A program made the translations under genes and the position numbers. From assembly GCA_963422395.1 (NCBI GenBank), contig OY729431.1:1664001-1728000 (forward strand): a DNA stretch of 64,000 nt, in the 5' to 3' direction. The notes under the pieces are model-generated. The model did no database searches and had not been told where the DNA came from. It saw only the letters and a list, made by a program, of their open reading frames with translations. Source of the stretch: Vicinamibacteria bacterium. Its GTDB lineage: Bacteria; Acidobacteriota; Vicinamibacteria; Marinacidobacterales; Marinacidobacteraceae. Of this stretch, positions 42,860 to 52,279 are shown one piece after another. Numbering within the stretch: position 1 is the first letter of the stretch; the number at the start of each line of letters is the position of its first letter.

Positions 42860-44146
42860 ATGCCCGAAGACGCTGATTCGACGACGAAGCGGCGGCGCTT
42901 CCTGCGCTATCTGGCGGGGAGCCCTCTCCTGTTCGCCTCGAGCTGCTGGGAACGGCGCGAAGGCGGCGAGTACGAGTCCGCGGGCGCCGCTCCCGAGAAC
43001 GCCGAGCGCTTCGGCTACAACCGCTTCCCCAGAGCGCTGATCGACGCCCCCGAGGATGCGGCAGACATCTTCGACTTCCGGGCGGTCGCCGAAAGGAGCC
43101 TGCCGCCCGCCCACTACGGCTATATCGCCACCGGAGTGGATGGCGAAGGCACCCTCGCGAGGAACCGCACCGCCTTCGAAGAAGTGGGGATCCGAGCCCG
43201 GCGCCTCGTGGATGTTTCGGATCCGGACATGTCGGTCGAGCTCTTCGGCCGGCCCTGGACTTCCCCGATCGGCATCGCTCCCTGCGGCAGCCAGGGCGCC
43301 TTCCACGCGGAAGGCGAAATCGCGGTCGCCCGGGCGGCGCGAACCGTGGACCACCTACAGCTCCTTTCGACGGTTACGACTTCGTCGGTCGAGGATGTGA
43401 ACGAAGCGCGGGGAGAACCGGTCTGGTACCAGCTCTACCCGACGACCTCTTTCGAGGTCACGAAGCAGCTCGTGGCACGCGCCGAAGCCGCCGGCTGTCC
43501 CGCCGTGGTGCTGACCGTGGATCTCCCGGTGGGAAGCAACCGGATCACCCAGGCGCTTTCTCGCCGCCTCGACCAGCGGGAGTGCGCGATCTGCCACCTC
43601 CCCGGCTTCTCCAACTATGTCTCGCGCAAGCCGATGTTCGACGAGATCGAGGTGGTGGACGCCGTAGGGCGCAGCCGGTTCGCCGGGCTCAACCAGCCGG
43701 CGCTGACCTGGGAGGTGGTGAAACGCCTCCGCGACTCCACCTCGATGCGCATCCTGCTCAAAGGAATCGTCACCGCCGAAGACGCCGAACTGGGTCTCGA
43801 ACACGGCGTGGACGGCATCGTGGTTTCGAACCACGGCGGCCGCGCCGAGGAGAGCGGCCTCGGCACCCTCGACAGCCTCCCCGGAGTGGTCGAAGCGGTC
43901 CGGGGGCGGATTCCGGTCATCATGGACAGCGGTATCCGGCGGGGCGTGGACATCTTCAAGAGCCTCGCCCTCGGCGCCGACGCGATCCTGATCGGCCGCG
44001 CCTATCTCTGGGGGCTCGCCGCGTTCGGAGAGCCCGGTGTCGAAGCGGTACTCCGGATGTTGCGGGCCGAGCTCCGCCTCGCCATGCAGCTCGCGGGGAC
44101 ACCGAGTCTGGCCGATATCGGTCCGCACTCGGTGCTCCGCCGCTGA
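42860..44146 (+). CDS. FMN-dependent alpha-hydroxy-acid oxidase/dehydrogenase with twin-arginine signal
   Basis: AAGGAG RBS; KRRRFL; WYQLY, LTVD, LKGI, VSNHGGR, DSGIRRG. Confidence 0.9.
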   Translation: MPEDADSTTKRRRFLRYLAGSPLLFASSCWERREGGEYESAGAAPENAERFGYNRFPRALIDAPEDAADIFDFRAVAERSLPPAHYGYIATGVDGEGTLARNRTAFEEVGIRARRLVDVSDPDMSVELFGRPWTSPIGIAPCGSQGAFHAEGEIAVARAARTVDHLQLLSTVTTSSVEDVNEARGEPVWYQLYPTTSFEVTKQLVARAEAAGCPAVVLTVDLPVGSNRITQALSRRLDQRECAICHLPGFSNYVSRKPMFDEIEVVDAVGRSRFAGLNQPALTWEVVKRLRDSTSMRILLKGIVTAEDAELGLEHGVDGIVVSNHGGRAEESGLGTLDSLPGVVEAVRGRIPVIMDSGIRRGVDIFKSLALGADAILIGRAYLWGLAAFGEPGVEAVLRMLRAELRLAMQLAGTPSLADIGPHSVLRR

Positions 44147-44305
44147 CCCGTTCGCGCCCAGCATCGAGAGAACCCGAAGCCGAGGTCTCCCTCCTTCGAT
44201 TCCCGGGCTGGCAGCCGGGCGGCGTCCTTTCGACCCGCCCGAACGCCTCCAGGCCGCGATGGCCTGACGACGCCTGGGAGCATCGCTGTTACGGGGGTTG
44301 TTTCC

Positions 44306-44331
44306 GAAGGCGCTGCGAAGGCAGCGCTTCA
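44306..44331. terminator. Hairpin between convergent genes
   Basis: gaaggcgctgc-gaag-gcagcgcttc. Confidence 0.4.
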
Positions 44332-46533
44332 GGGGGCGTCGAGGTGTTCCCCGAAGAAGCGGCGGACTCTCCTCCAGGCGTCCCGCAGGACATGCCCCCG
44401 GTGGAAGTAGTGGAATTCGCCGGGGTAGGTCGCGAACTCGAAGTCCTTGCCGGCGCGGAGGAGCCGATCGGCGAGGTCGATGGACTCGTGGTAGGGGACA
44501 TTGACATCCGAAGTGCCGTGGAGCACGAGCAGCGGGCGTTCGATGCGATCCACCCGATCGACGGGGGCGCCGAGGTCGTACACCGCGGGGTTTTCCTCTG
44601 GGTCGCCCATGCGGCTCTCCACCCACGGCCCTCCCGGGTCGCGGAACCAGAGGCGGAAATCCCCGACCCCGGCGACATCCACCCCGGCAGCGAACAGCGT
44701 CGGATCGAGGGTGAGGGCCTGCAGGGTCATGAAGCCTCCATAGCTGAGACCCCACACTCCGATCCGTTCAGGATCCACATAGTCGAGTGTCTTCAGATAG
44801 TCCCCCGCAGCGGCGACATCCTGGTAGTCCCTCCCACCGACATCGCGGTAGGACTCCTGTCGGAAATCCCGGCCGTAACCGACGCTGCCCCGATAGTCCG
44901 GCATGAGGACCACATATCCCTCGGCGAGGAGCAACTGGTGGAACGAGTGGTACACCGCGTAGTCCCGACGGATGTGCCAGCCGTCGTAGTTCTGCGCGAT
45001 CCCGTCCCCATGCACCCAGACGACCGCCGGGTGGGTCCCGGATCGATCGAGATCCTCGGGCACGAACAGGTAGCCGGGAACCTGCCCCCCGTCGCGGGCC
45101 GGAAAGCGCAGAAACTCGCCCTCGGTGAAGGTCGCCGGGTCGAGGCTTTCCGGAAGCGAATCGGTGAGTCGTTCGGATTCTCCGGACCCGGCGGTGTCGG
45201 TCAGGAAGAGCTCCGCCGGAGCCCGAGGCCCGGCGTGCTGGAAGACGATCCGACTGCCGTCCGGAGAGAGCCCGCCGTGCTCGGAGGAAAGGTGGAAACC
45301 GTTCCGGGCTGCCGGTTGCACATTCGTCCCGCGCCCGCTGGTCAGACGCCTCGGAACCGCGCCGGGAAGATCCGCGGTATCCACTGCGAAGAGCTGTCGT
45401 TGGCCCGGATGATCCGGGTTGGCATCCCAAACCAGGACGCTCCCGTCCGGAGACCAGGCGTAACGGCGGGCTTCCTGCCCCTCGCCGGTCAGGGAATGCA
45501 CCGCCCCGTCGGCGGCCGAGACCACCAGGAGCTGGTCCCAGCCGGAGGAGTCGTCCAGGAACGCCACCCAGTTCCCATCGGGCGAGGGGCGCGGCTCGGC
45601 GCCGAGGTAGGTCAGACTCCACCATTTTTCGTCTTCGGCTCGATGGAGCGTGCGCAGCGAGCCGTCGCGGAGATCGGCGAGGACCACCGAACGGGTTCGA
45701 TAGTCGGGAGAGACCTGCTGGAAGACCAGCCGCGCGGCGTCGAGCCAGCGGGGGCTGGACTCGAACCCCGGCCCCGCAGCGATCCGCCGCGGCACGCCGC
45801 GGTTCACCACCGGCACCGTCATCAGATCGGGGGGAGTGTCCGGAAAGCGCCGGAACACGAGTTTGTCGCCGGAGATATCGTGGGTCTCGTCCACCGTCTT
45901 CCGCCTCGAAACGGTGTACGCGAGGAAGCGGCCGTCAGGAGACCAGACCGGAGCCGCTTCCGAGCGATCGGGGGTGCGGGTCAGGCGGATTTCGGCTTCT
46001 TCTTCGAGATCCCGGACATGGAGGTCGCCATCGCGGATGAAAGCGAGGTGGCGCGCGTCGTCCGAAGGCGAGAAGCCGGATTCCCCGCCGGGCTCCGCCG
46101 GAAACACCGTTTCGAGCGTCCCCGCGAGATCCGGGTTCATCCGGTAGAGCCGGCCCTGCCAGGTGAAGTGGAGAATCTCGCCGTCCGGTCCCCAGAAGAG
46201 GTCCGCGATCACTTCGTAGGAATCGCCAAAGCGGGTCAACTGCTTCGGCGGCTCTCCGGAACCGGGCTCGACGGAATAGAGATCCATCTGCTGGTTCCGG
46301 TCCCATACGAAGACGATCCGGCGCCCGTCCGGGCTCCATACCGGCGCCGTCGGGTGACGGATTCCCAGGATGTCTTCGAGATGCAGCGAGGGAGCGTCGT
46401 CGGCCGCGCCGCACCCTCCCGAGTGGCTGGCGGCGGCGAGAGCGGTGATCGCGGCGAGAGCAGTTGCCGGGCCGCCGCGCCGGAGAGCGTTCCTCCCCGA
46501 TCGGGGCCTTCGCTTTCGTAACTGTCTTCTCAT
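44329..46533 (-). CDS. S9 family (prolyl oligopeptidase/acylaminoacyl) peptidase, exported
   Basis: WSPDG propeller repeats; GLSYGG, HGTSDVNV, GEFH catalytic triad. Confidence 0.92.
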   Translation of the reverse strand: MRRQLRKRRPRSGRNALRRGGPATALAAITALAAASHSGGCGAADDAPSLHLEDILGIRHPTAPVWSPDGRRIVFVWDRNQQMDLYSVEPGSGEPPKQLTRFGDSYEVIADLFWGPDGEILHFTWQGRLYRMNPDLAGTLETVFPAEPGGESGFSPSDDARHLAFIRDGDLHVRDLEEEAEIRLTRTPDRSEAAPVWSPDGRFLAYTVSRRKTVDETHDISGDKLVFRRFPDTPPDLMTVPVVNRGVPRRIAAGPGFESSPRWLDAARLVFQQVSPDYRTRSVVLADLRDGSLRTLHRAEDEKWWSLTYLGAEPRPSPDGNWVAFLDDSSGWDQLLVVSAADGAVHSLTGEGQEARRYAWSPDGSVLVWDANPDHPGQRQLFAVDTADLPGAVPRRLTSGRGTNVQPAARNGFHLSSEHGGLSPDGSRIVFQHAGPRAPAELFLTDTAGSGESERLTDSLPESLDPATFTEGEFLRFPARDGGQVPGYLFVPEDLDRSGTHPAVVWVHGDGIAQNYDGWHIRRDYAVYHSFHQLLLAEGYVVLMPDYRGSVGYGRDFRQESYRDVGGRDYQDVAAAGDYLKTLDYVDPERIGVWGLSYGGFMTLQALTLDPTLFAAGVDVAGVGDFRLWFRDPGGPWVESRMGDPEENPAVYDLGAPVDRVDRIERPLLVLHGTSDVNVPYHESIDLADRLLRAGKDFEFATYPGEFHYFHRGHVLRDAWRRVRRFFGEHLDAP

Positions 46534-46936
46534 CAGGAGACCATCACTTGCCGACTCACGCCCGAAGGCGGGACAGCCGCGGGTATTGAAGCCCGGGATC
46601 CCGGCGCGCCCGATCGGGAGCACCGAAGTGGAGGGCGACGGTAGGACCGCCCACACCCTTCTGCGCAGGCGAATCCGCAGGCGAGAGTGTCCCGTTCTGG
46701 CTCCTTGAACGAAGGAAGGAAACGGATGGAGGTGAGTCCGGCGAAACCGAACTCCGGGAGCCGCGCACGGGACGGACGCACCCCGATCAGTTGCGGGAAA
46801 CCGAAGGGGCGCCGGTAGGGTAGCGCACTCTGGACGGCTGTCGAGGAAGTCGGAAACGAGCGGAAACGGACGAGGAAGACCGCGGGCGCGTTCGGGACCA
46901 GAATTGCGGAGAGACCCCGGTACCCGCGGAAGCCAG

Positions 46937-49060
46937 ATGCCCGAGCGACCTTCGAAGACGATCTCCGCCTACGAGACGAAGCGGGATTTCGCGCGCACGC
47001 CGGAGCCGCTTCCCGACGCCGCACCTCTCGCTCCCGAGGCGATGGTCGGAACCTCCGGCCGCCGCTTCGTGGTGCACCGGCACGAAGCGCGGCGCCTCCA
47101 CTACGACCTGCGCCTCGAAATGCACGGAGTGCTCCGATCGTGGGCGGTGCCGAAAGGGTTCTCCTGCGACCCGGAGGTCAAGAAGCTCGCGGTGCGGACC
47201 GAGGACCACCCGCTCTCCTATACCCGGTTCGAAGGAGTCATCCCCGAAGGCGAGTACGGGGGCGGAACCATGGTGGTCTGGGACGCCGGACGCTATGAGA
47301 TCACCGAAGGAGGAGAGGATCAGGGTGCGGCCGGCATCGAGGCCGGCAAGCTGGTGCTGCGGCTCTTCGGCCGCAAACTGCGCGGCGCCTGGCACCTCGT
47401 GCGCACGGGGCGCAGCGACGACGAATGGCTGCTCTTCAAGGGACGAGACCGATATGTGCGGCGCGAAGCGGACCGGCAGCCATTCTTCGATCTCGCCGGC
47501 GCGGCGCCGTGGTACGGAGAACCGCCGCCGCTCCCAGTGATCCCCGAAGGAGAGAGTGCACCGTTCAGCGGCAGCGGCTGGATTTTCGAGCCGGAATTGG
47601 AAGGGATTCCCGTTTTCCTCAGCCGGAACGGTGGAACGGCTCTGCTGCGCCGATCCGATGGCGGGACGCTGCTCGCGCTACCCGAAATCCTGTCCGCAGC
47701 CGAGTCTCTGCGCGCCGAGGAGTTCCTCGCCTGGGGCACTCTCGTCGGCGTGGGCGACGCCGAACGGCCCTCGAAGGCTCGGCTCGCAGCGCGGATCGCC
47801 GGAGACGCTTCCATCCACGCTGCGGTCTATCTCGCCGACCTGATCCGCTACGAGGAGTGGGACCTGCGCGCCGTTCCGCTCCTCGAGCGAAAGGAGTTGC
47901 TCTCGACGCTGGTGCCCGGGAGTCCGCACCTGCGGTTCGGCGACCATGTGGCAGTTCGGGGAGAAGAGTTCCACGCCGCCTGCGAAGCAGCGGGGCTGCC
48001 GGGCAGCCTCGCCCGACGGGCCGAGAGTCGGTATCCGACGACGGCGCCCGGCCCGCCGCCTGCAGGTCGCCGGGATTGTCTCCGTATTCCCGCGAATCCC
48101 ACGGGACGACCGGCGCCGGAAGACCACCTGCTCACCGGACTCGCCCGCCAGCGCGCCGCCCGGGACGCCGCCCGGCCGATTCGCTTCTCGAACCTCGACA
48201 AGGTGTTCTGGCCCGACCACGGACTCACCAAGGGGGACCTCGTCCGCTACTACGATCGGGTCGCCGGGCACCTGATCCCCTACCTCCACGAGCGCCCCGC
48301 CCACCTCCTCCGGTATCCCGACGGGATCGGCGGCAAGGCTTTCTACCAGAAAGACCTTCCCGAACATACGCCGGACTGGATCGAGACCGAAGCCATCCCG
48401 TCCGGCCCCCGCCGCGAGACGATTCGGTACCTGGTCGTCAACGACGCCGCGGCCCTGCTCTTCGCGGCCAATCTCGGCAGCATCGACATCCACCCCTGGC
48501 TGTCGCTCCGAACCCGCCGCGACCGGCCCGACTGGGCGGTTTTCGACCTCGATCCGGGCGGGGCCCCTTTCTCGGAAGTGATCCGGCTGGCACGGGCCTT
48601 CGGCAAGGTTCTGCGGGGGATCGGGCTCCGACCCTACCTGAAGACTTCCGGTGCCACCGGACTCCACATCTACGTGCCGATCGAACCCATCTACCCCTAC
48701 GAGATCGTCCGGCAGTTCGCGGAAGCGGTCTCCACCCACATCGCCGGAGAACACCGCGATATCGCGACCGTCGAGCGGACCACTTCCCGCCGGCGCGGGC
48801 GGGTCTATCTCGACTTCTTGCAAAACCGCAGGGGACAGACGGTGGTGCCGCCGTATGCGGCGCGGCCGGTCCCGGCGGCATCGGTTTCCGCACCGCTCGA
48901 TTGGGACGAACTCGACGGGGACCTCCGGCCGGAACAGTTCACGATCCGGAATCTGCCGGAACGGCTCGATCGGATCGGCGATCTCTTCGCGGGAACGCTC
49001 CACGACCGCCAGCCGCTCCTGCCTGCGATTCGGAAGTTCCAGGAACGGTACCTGCCCTGA
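46937..49060 (+). CDS. ligD: LigD-like protein: 3'-phosphoesterase + degenerate ligase + primase/polymerase
   Basis: HEARRLHYDLRLE and SWAVPKG (PE); FDLDP, KTSG..GLH, YLDFLQN (Pol). Confidence 0.85.
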   Translation: MPERPSKTISAYETKRDFARTPEPLPDAAPLAPEAMVGTSGRRFVVHRHEARRLHYDLRLEMHGVLRSWAVPKGFSCDPEVKKLAVRTEDHPLSYTRFEGVIPEGEYGGGTMVVWDAGRYEITEGGEDQGAAGIEAGKLVLRLFGRKLRGAWHLVRTGRSDDEWLLFKGRDRYVRREADRQPFFDLAGAAPWYGEPPPLPVIPEGESAPFSGSGWIFEPELEGIPVFLSRNGGTALLRRSDGGTLLALPEILSAAESLRAEEFLAWGTLVGVGDAERPSKARLAARIAGDASIHAAVYLADLIRYEEWDLRAVPLLERKELLSTLVPGSPHLRFGDHVAVRGEEFHAACEAAGLPGSLARRAESRYPTTAPGPPPAGRRDCLRIPANPTGRPAPEDHLLTGLARQRAARDAARPIRFSNLDKVFWPDHGLTKGDLVRYYDRVAGHLIPYLHERPAHLLRYPDGIGGKAFYQKDLPEHTPDWIETEAIPSGPRRETIRYLVVNDAAALLFAANLGSIDIHPWLSLRTRRDRPDWAVFDLDPGGAPFSEVIRLARAFGKVLRGIGLRPYLKTSGATGLHIYVPIEPIYPYEIVRQFAEAVSTHIAGEHRDIATVERTTSRRRGRVYLDFLQNRRGQTVVPPYAARPVPAASVSAPLDWDELDGDLRPEQFTIRNLPERLDRIGDLFAGTLHDRQPLLPAIRKFQERYLP

Positions 49061-49226
49061 TCGGCGTGAAACCTCGATCGTTCGCCCTCGGCGAACGCAC
49101 CTTCCCGATCAGGTCAGCGGTCTCGATTCGGTTGCCGAGAGAGGTGATCCAGTCTCGCCGATCCCCGATGTCGACTGTGGCGGATCACAGGCCGGACCGG
49201 GGACGCCGGAGCCACCGCGCTGCTGT

Positions 49227-51401
49227 TCAGCCGGGGGCGCCGAGTTCTGCCAACCGGACGCGGACACCCTGCTGGTTGGGGTTCATCTGCAAGGAACGCT
49301 CGAACAGCTCGCGCGCGCGGATCCCGTCTCCCTGCCGGTCGTGACAGTCCCCGAGCGCATTCAGCAGGGAAGGGTCGGGAGGGCGAAGCGTGAGGGCATG
49401 TTCCAGCCGCGGCAGCGCTTCCGCGCACTCCTGCCGGATGTAGTAGGCGAAGCCCACACCTTCGGCCACCTCGATTTCATTGGCGTAATCGGTCTCGATC
49501 GGCAGCAGCAGGTCGAGGGCCTCGTCGGCATGCCGCCCGAAGAGCAACGCGCTGGCCAGCTTCCAGCGAGCCATCGGCAGCTGCGGGTTGGCGGCGGCTT
49601 CCCGAAACGCCACGACTGCATCGGCGATGCGGCCATGCGCCATGAACTGCTCGCCGAGCGCCAGAGCCAGGAGACCCTGGGTGTGGCTGGCGAACGAACG
49701 ACGAATGATGAAGCCGGGACGCTCCACTGAGGCGCGCGGGGAAACCACGAACGAAGCCTCGCGGGAAGCGAGCACCACACCGGCCTCGTCCAGGAGCTCG
49801 GCCACCATCTGGTACCGGCCGGCGCCGATACCAGCCAATGCGAAATCCTCGATCGGAGGAGATTCCGGGCTTCCGACAGCCACGGTCCGCTCGGCGAGCG
49901 GCGCTGCCGGAGAAGGGCTCCCGGTGTCGGCGGTTGCCGCGTCGATCTCGGGAACGACACGCAGCCTCACCTGGTGGGCGGGACCGGTGTTCACCGATTG
50001 GGCGGCGACCCGCAGGGTGTCAGCCGCAGCGAACACGCCGCCGACCGAAGGATCGAGAACGATCGGTCCGAACTGGAAGGTTCCGAATTCCAGGGGATTC
50101 GAAAGGCCGCTCCCCTGCTCCAGCCGATAGGCGAGGATCAGGTCGGAGAGGGCCGGCGAACCGGCTCCGGTTCCGGGGACCTGCACCTCGGCGGTCGTGA
50201 CCGTGTACTGCTGGGTGGCACGATTCCTGACCACCACGCTCACTTCGTAATCCCCTGGAATCACCGGGAGGTTGTCGCGGTAGGCGAAGGGTCTGACGGA
50301 GGCTGCGCGATGCTCGGTCTCGGTGAGCAGGATCTGCGGGGAATTCTGCTGCACCGCCACGAGGCGACCGCCAGGCAGGGACCTCAGTTCCAGTTCCACA
50401 TCGAGGGTAGTCCGATAGATGTTCTCCCGGTCGTCGAACTCCAGCGAGAAGTCCTCCGGCGCCAACTCCACGGTGTAATGGAGGAAGGGCGTGTTCCGGG
50501 TACCCGCCAGAACCAGGAAGTCCGCCTCGCTGTTCACGAAACGGAACGAGTATTCCGCCGTGACCCGGTCCCCGTAGCGGAGATACCCCTCGATCTCCTC
50601 GAGATCCACCAGTTCGTGCGGAGACTCGAGGATGTCCACGAAGTTCTTGTCCACGCTCATCGAGGGGCGAACGGTGTCGAGTCGGGGGGCGATGGTGTTC
50701 GTCGCCCTCAGGAAGTCGGCATGGGGATCGGTGAGGTCCACCACCAGGCTCGCGCGGGCGATATCCATGGAGACGACTTCTAGGATGTCCACCGCGGCGT
50801 GCTGCCGGTTGCGCAGCAGTTCCCCCCGCCGCACCAGCGCATCCGGCCCGTCGGCCCACGGGTGGTAGAGCTCGTATTCCCCGACATCCTCCCGCTTGAA
50901 GAACATCAGGTTGAAGCGCGGCGGCAACCCGAGTTCCGTGTCGCCCTGGTAGATCCACAGATCGATGCTGACGACCTCGTTGCGTCCGTCGAACTGTTCG
51001 CGCTGGCGCGGCTCGCCCAGGATGATCCAGTGGCGCCCGCGGTCGGTCTGCCAGCCCGGGCGGGGTGCATCCCGGCCCAGGAAGCGGTTGGCGTAGTCGA
51101 AGCGTTCATAGTGCTCGATCCGGAACTCGTTCTCCTTGGTGGCGGGCGACGGGTCCCGCCGCTGCCAGAACGCTTCGATGAAATGTTCGCGTTCCTCGAA
51201 GCTTTCGAGCCCCAGGAACACCTCCCGTTCCGGTTCGGTGATGATGTACACCGCCTCTTCCTCGATCCAGATCCGGTGCTCCTCGGGGAGCCGGTCCAGC
51301 CGTTCGTCGGCGCCGGCGGTCCGAAACGAGAACAGACAGCCGGCGAGAACGAATGCGAAGCGTCGGGCGCGCCGAAACGGGAGCCTCCGGAAATCAGCCA
51401 T
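49227..51401 (-). CDS. GWxTD domain protein with C-terminal TPRs
   Basis: FWQRRDP, GWQTDRG; signal peptide. Confidence 0.9.
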   Translation of the reverse strand: MADFRRLPFRRARRFAFVLAGCLFSFRTAGADERLDRLPEEHRIWIEEEAVYIITEPEREVFLGLESFEEREHFIEAFWQRRDPSPATKENEFRIEHYERFDYANRFLGRDAPRPGWQTDRGRHWIILGEPRQREQFDGRNEVVSIDLWIYQGDTELGLPPRFNLMFFKREDVGEYELYHPWADGPDALVRRGELLRNRQHAAVDILEVVSMDIARASLVVDLTDPHADFLRATNTIAPRLDTVRPSMSVDKNFVDILESPHELVDLEEIEGYLRYGDRVTAEYSFRFVNSEADFLVLAGTRNTPFLHYTVELAPEDFSLEFDDRENIYRTTLDVELELRSLPGGRLVAVQQNSPQILLTETEHRAASVRPFAYRDNLPVIPGDYEVSVVVRNRATQQYTVTTAEVQVPGTGAGSPALSDLILAYRLEQGSGLSNPLEFGTFQFGPIVLDPSVGGVFAAADTLRVAAQSVNTGPAHQVRLRVVPEIDAATADTGSPSPAAPLAERTVAVGSPESPPIEDFALAGIGAGRYQMVAELLDEAGVVLASREASFVVSPRASVERPGFIIRRSFASHTQGLLALALGEQFMAHGRIADAVVAFREAAANPQLPMARWKLASALLFGRHADEALDLLLPIETDYANEIEVAEGVGFAYYIRQECAEALPRLEHALTLRPPDPSLLNALGDCHDRQGDGIRARELFERSLQMNPNQQGVRVRLAELGAPG

Positions 51402-51609
51402 GGCGAAAGCAGCAGAAAGCATCCAGTTCCTTCCAGGAAGGGTCCCGGAACGAGAGACTACCCCGCCATCCAGCAGGCCCGCAACGGCGCCGCTGCTAGC
51501 AGCAACGCGCCTCCGGCCGCGAGGCTGTCGGCGGCGAGCCGGCGCCCTCCTCTGTCAGGTATCGGGGCCGCTCCGAGCGGTAGAATCGCGGCTTCCGGAG
51601 GACCTTCGC

Positions 51610-52152
51610 ATGACCCACTCCCCAGAGCATCGGACCCACGAAAGGGCCGGCTACCGACGAATCGCTGGAGCCCTCGGGGTGCTCCTCGCCTTTTCCAGCG
51701 TCGCCGCCGCCCACAACCCCCGCGGCAAGGTCGAAGCCAGCTTCAGCGGCAAGATGGTGTCGGTGGACTACGGCCGGCCCAGCCTGAAAGGCCGCGACAT
51801 GCTCGGTCAGGCCGCTTCCGGAATGGTCTGGCGGCTCGGCTCGGAAAACGCCACCACGATCATCAGCGAGGGGGACCTGATGTTCGGCTCGGACATGCTG
51901 CCGGCGGGCGCCTACAGCCTCTTCGCGAAAAAGACCGATGACGGTTGGAACCTGTTGGTGAACAGCGAGACCGGGCAATCCGGGACGGCTCACGATCCGG
52001 AAAAAGACCTGCTGACCGCCCCCCTCAAGGTCGAGAAGGCCTCCGAATCCGTCGAGATGTTCACGATCACGCTCATGGCGGACGAGATGCAGGGCACATT
52101 GAAAATGCAGTGGGGCGATACGGCGCTCGTTGCCGAACTCATGGTCCACTGA
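51610..52152 (+). CDS. DUF2911 family secreted protein
   Basis: VDYGRPSLKGR, VWRLGSENAT, LPAGAYSLF; GGAGGA RBS and TAGAAT upstream. Confidence 0.85.
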   Translation: MTHSPEHRTHERAGYRRIAGALGVLLAFSSVAAAHNPRGKVEASFSGKMVSVDYGRPSLKGRDMLGQAASGMVWRLGSENATTIISEGDLMFGSDMLPAGAYSLFAKKTDDGWNLLVNSETGQSGTAHDPEKDLLTAPLKVEKASESVEMFTITLMADEMQGTLKMQWGDTALVAELMVH

Positions 52153-52279
52153 TCGAAACGCAGGCGCCGGTTGCGGTGCTGGGGGCGGTCGGTTACGCTC
52201 CGCCGGAGCCTGAGGGTTTGACTCGCATCGAAATGGGTGGGGTCCTCCGGCTGAAGAATCTCGAGCAGGGGGAGGCCCG

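Noticed and set aside
43582-46521. Very long alternative ORFs (979 aa here; also 39477..42599, 32752..34998, 25973..28183)
   Set aside because: Antisense or off-frame shadows of well-supported genes, as expected at high GC; no recognisable motifs.
46735-46830. c-di-GMP-I riboswitch-like fragments (ggcgaaacc, ggacgca, ccggtagggtagcg)
   Set aside because: The P2 GAAA stem and the GCAAAG spacing do not fit the consensus as I recall it; the resemblance is too partial.
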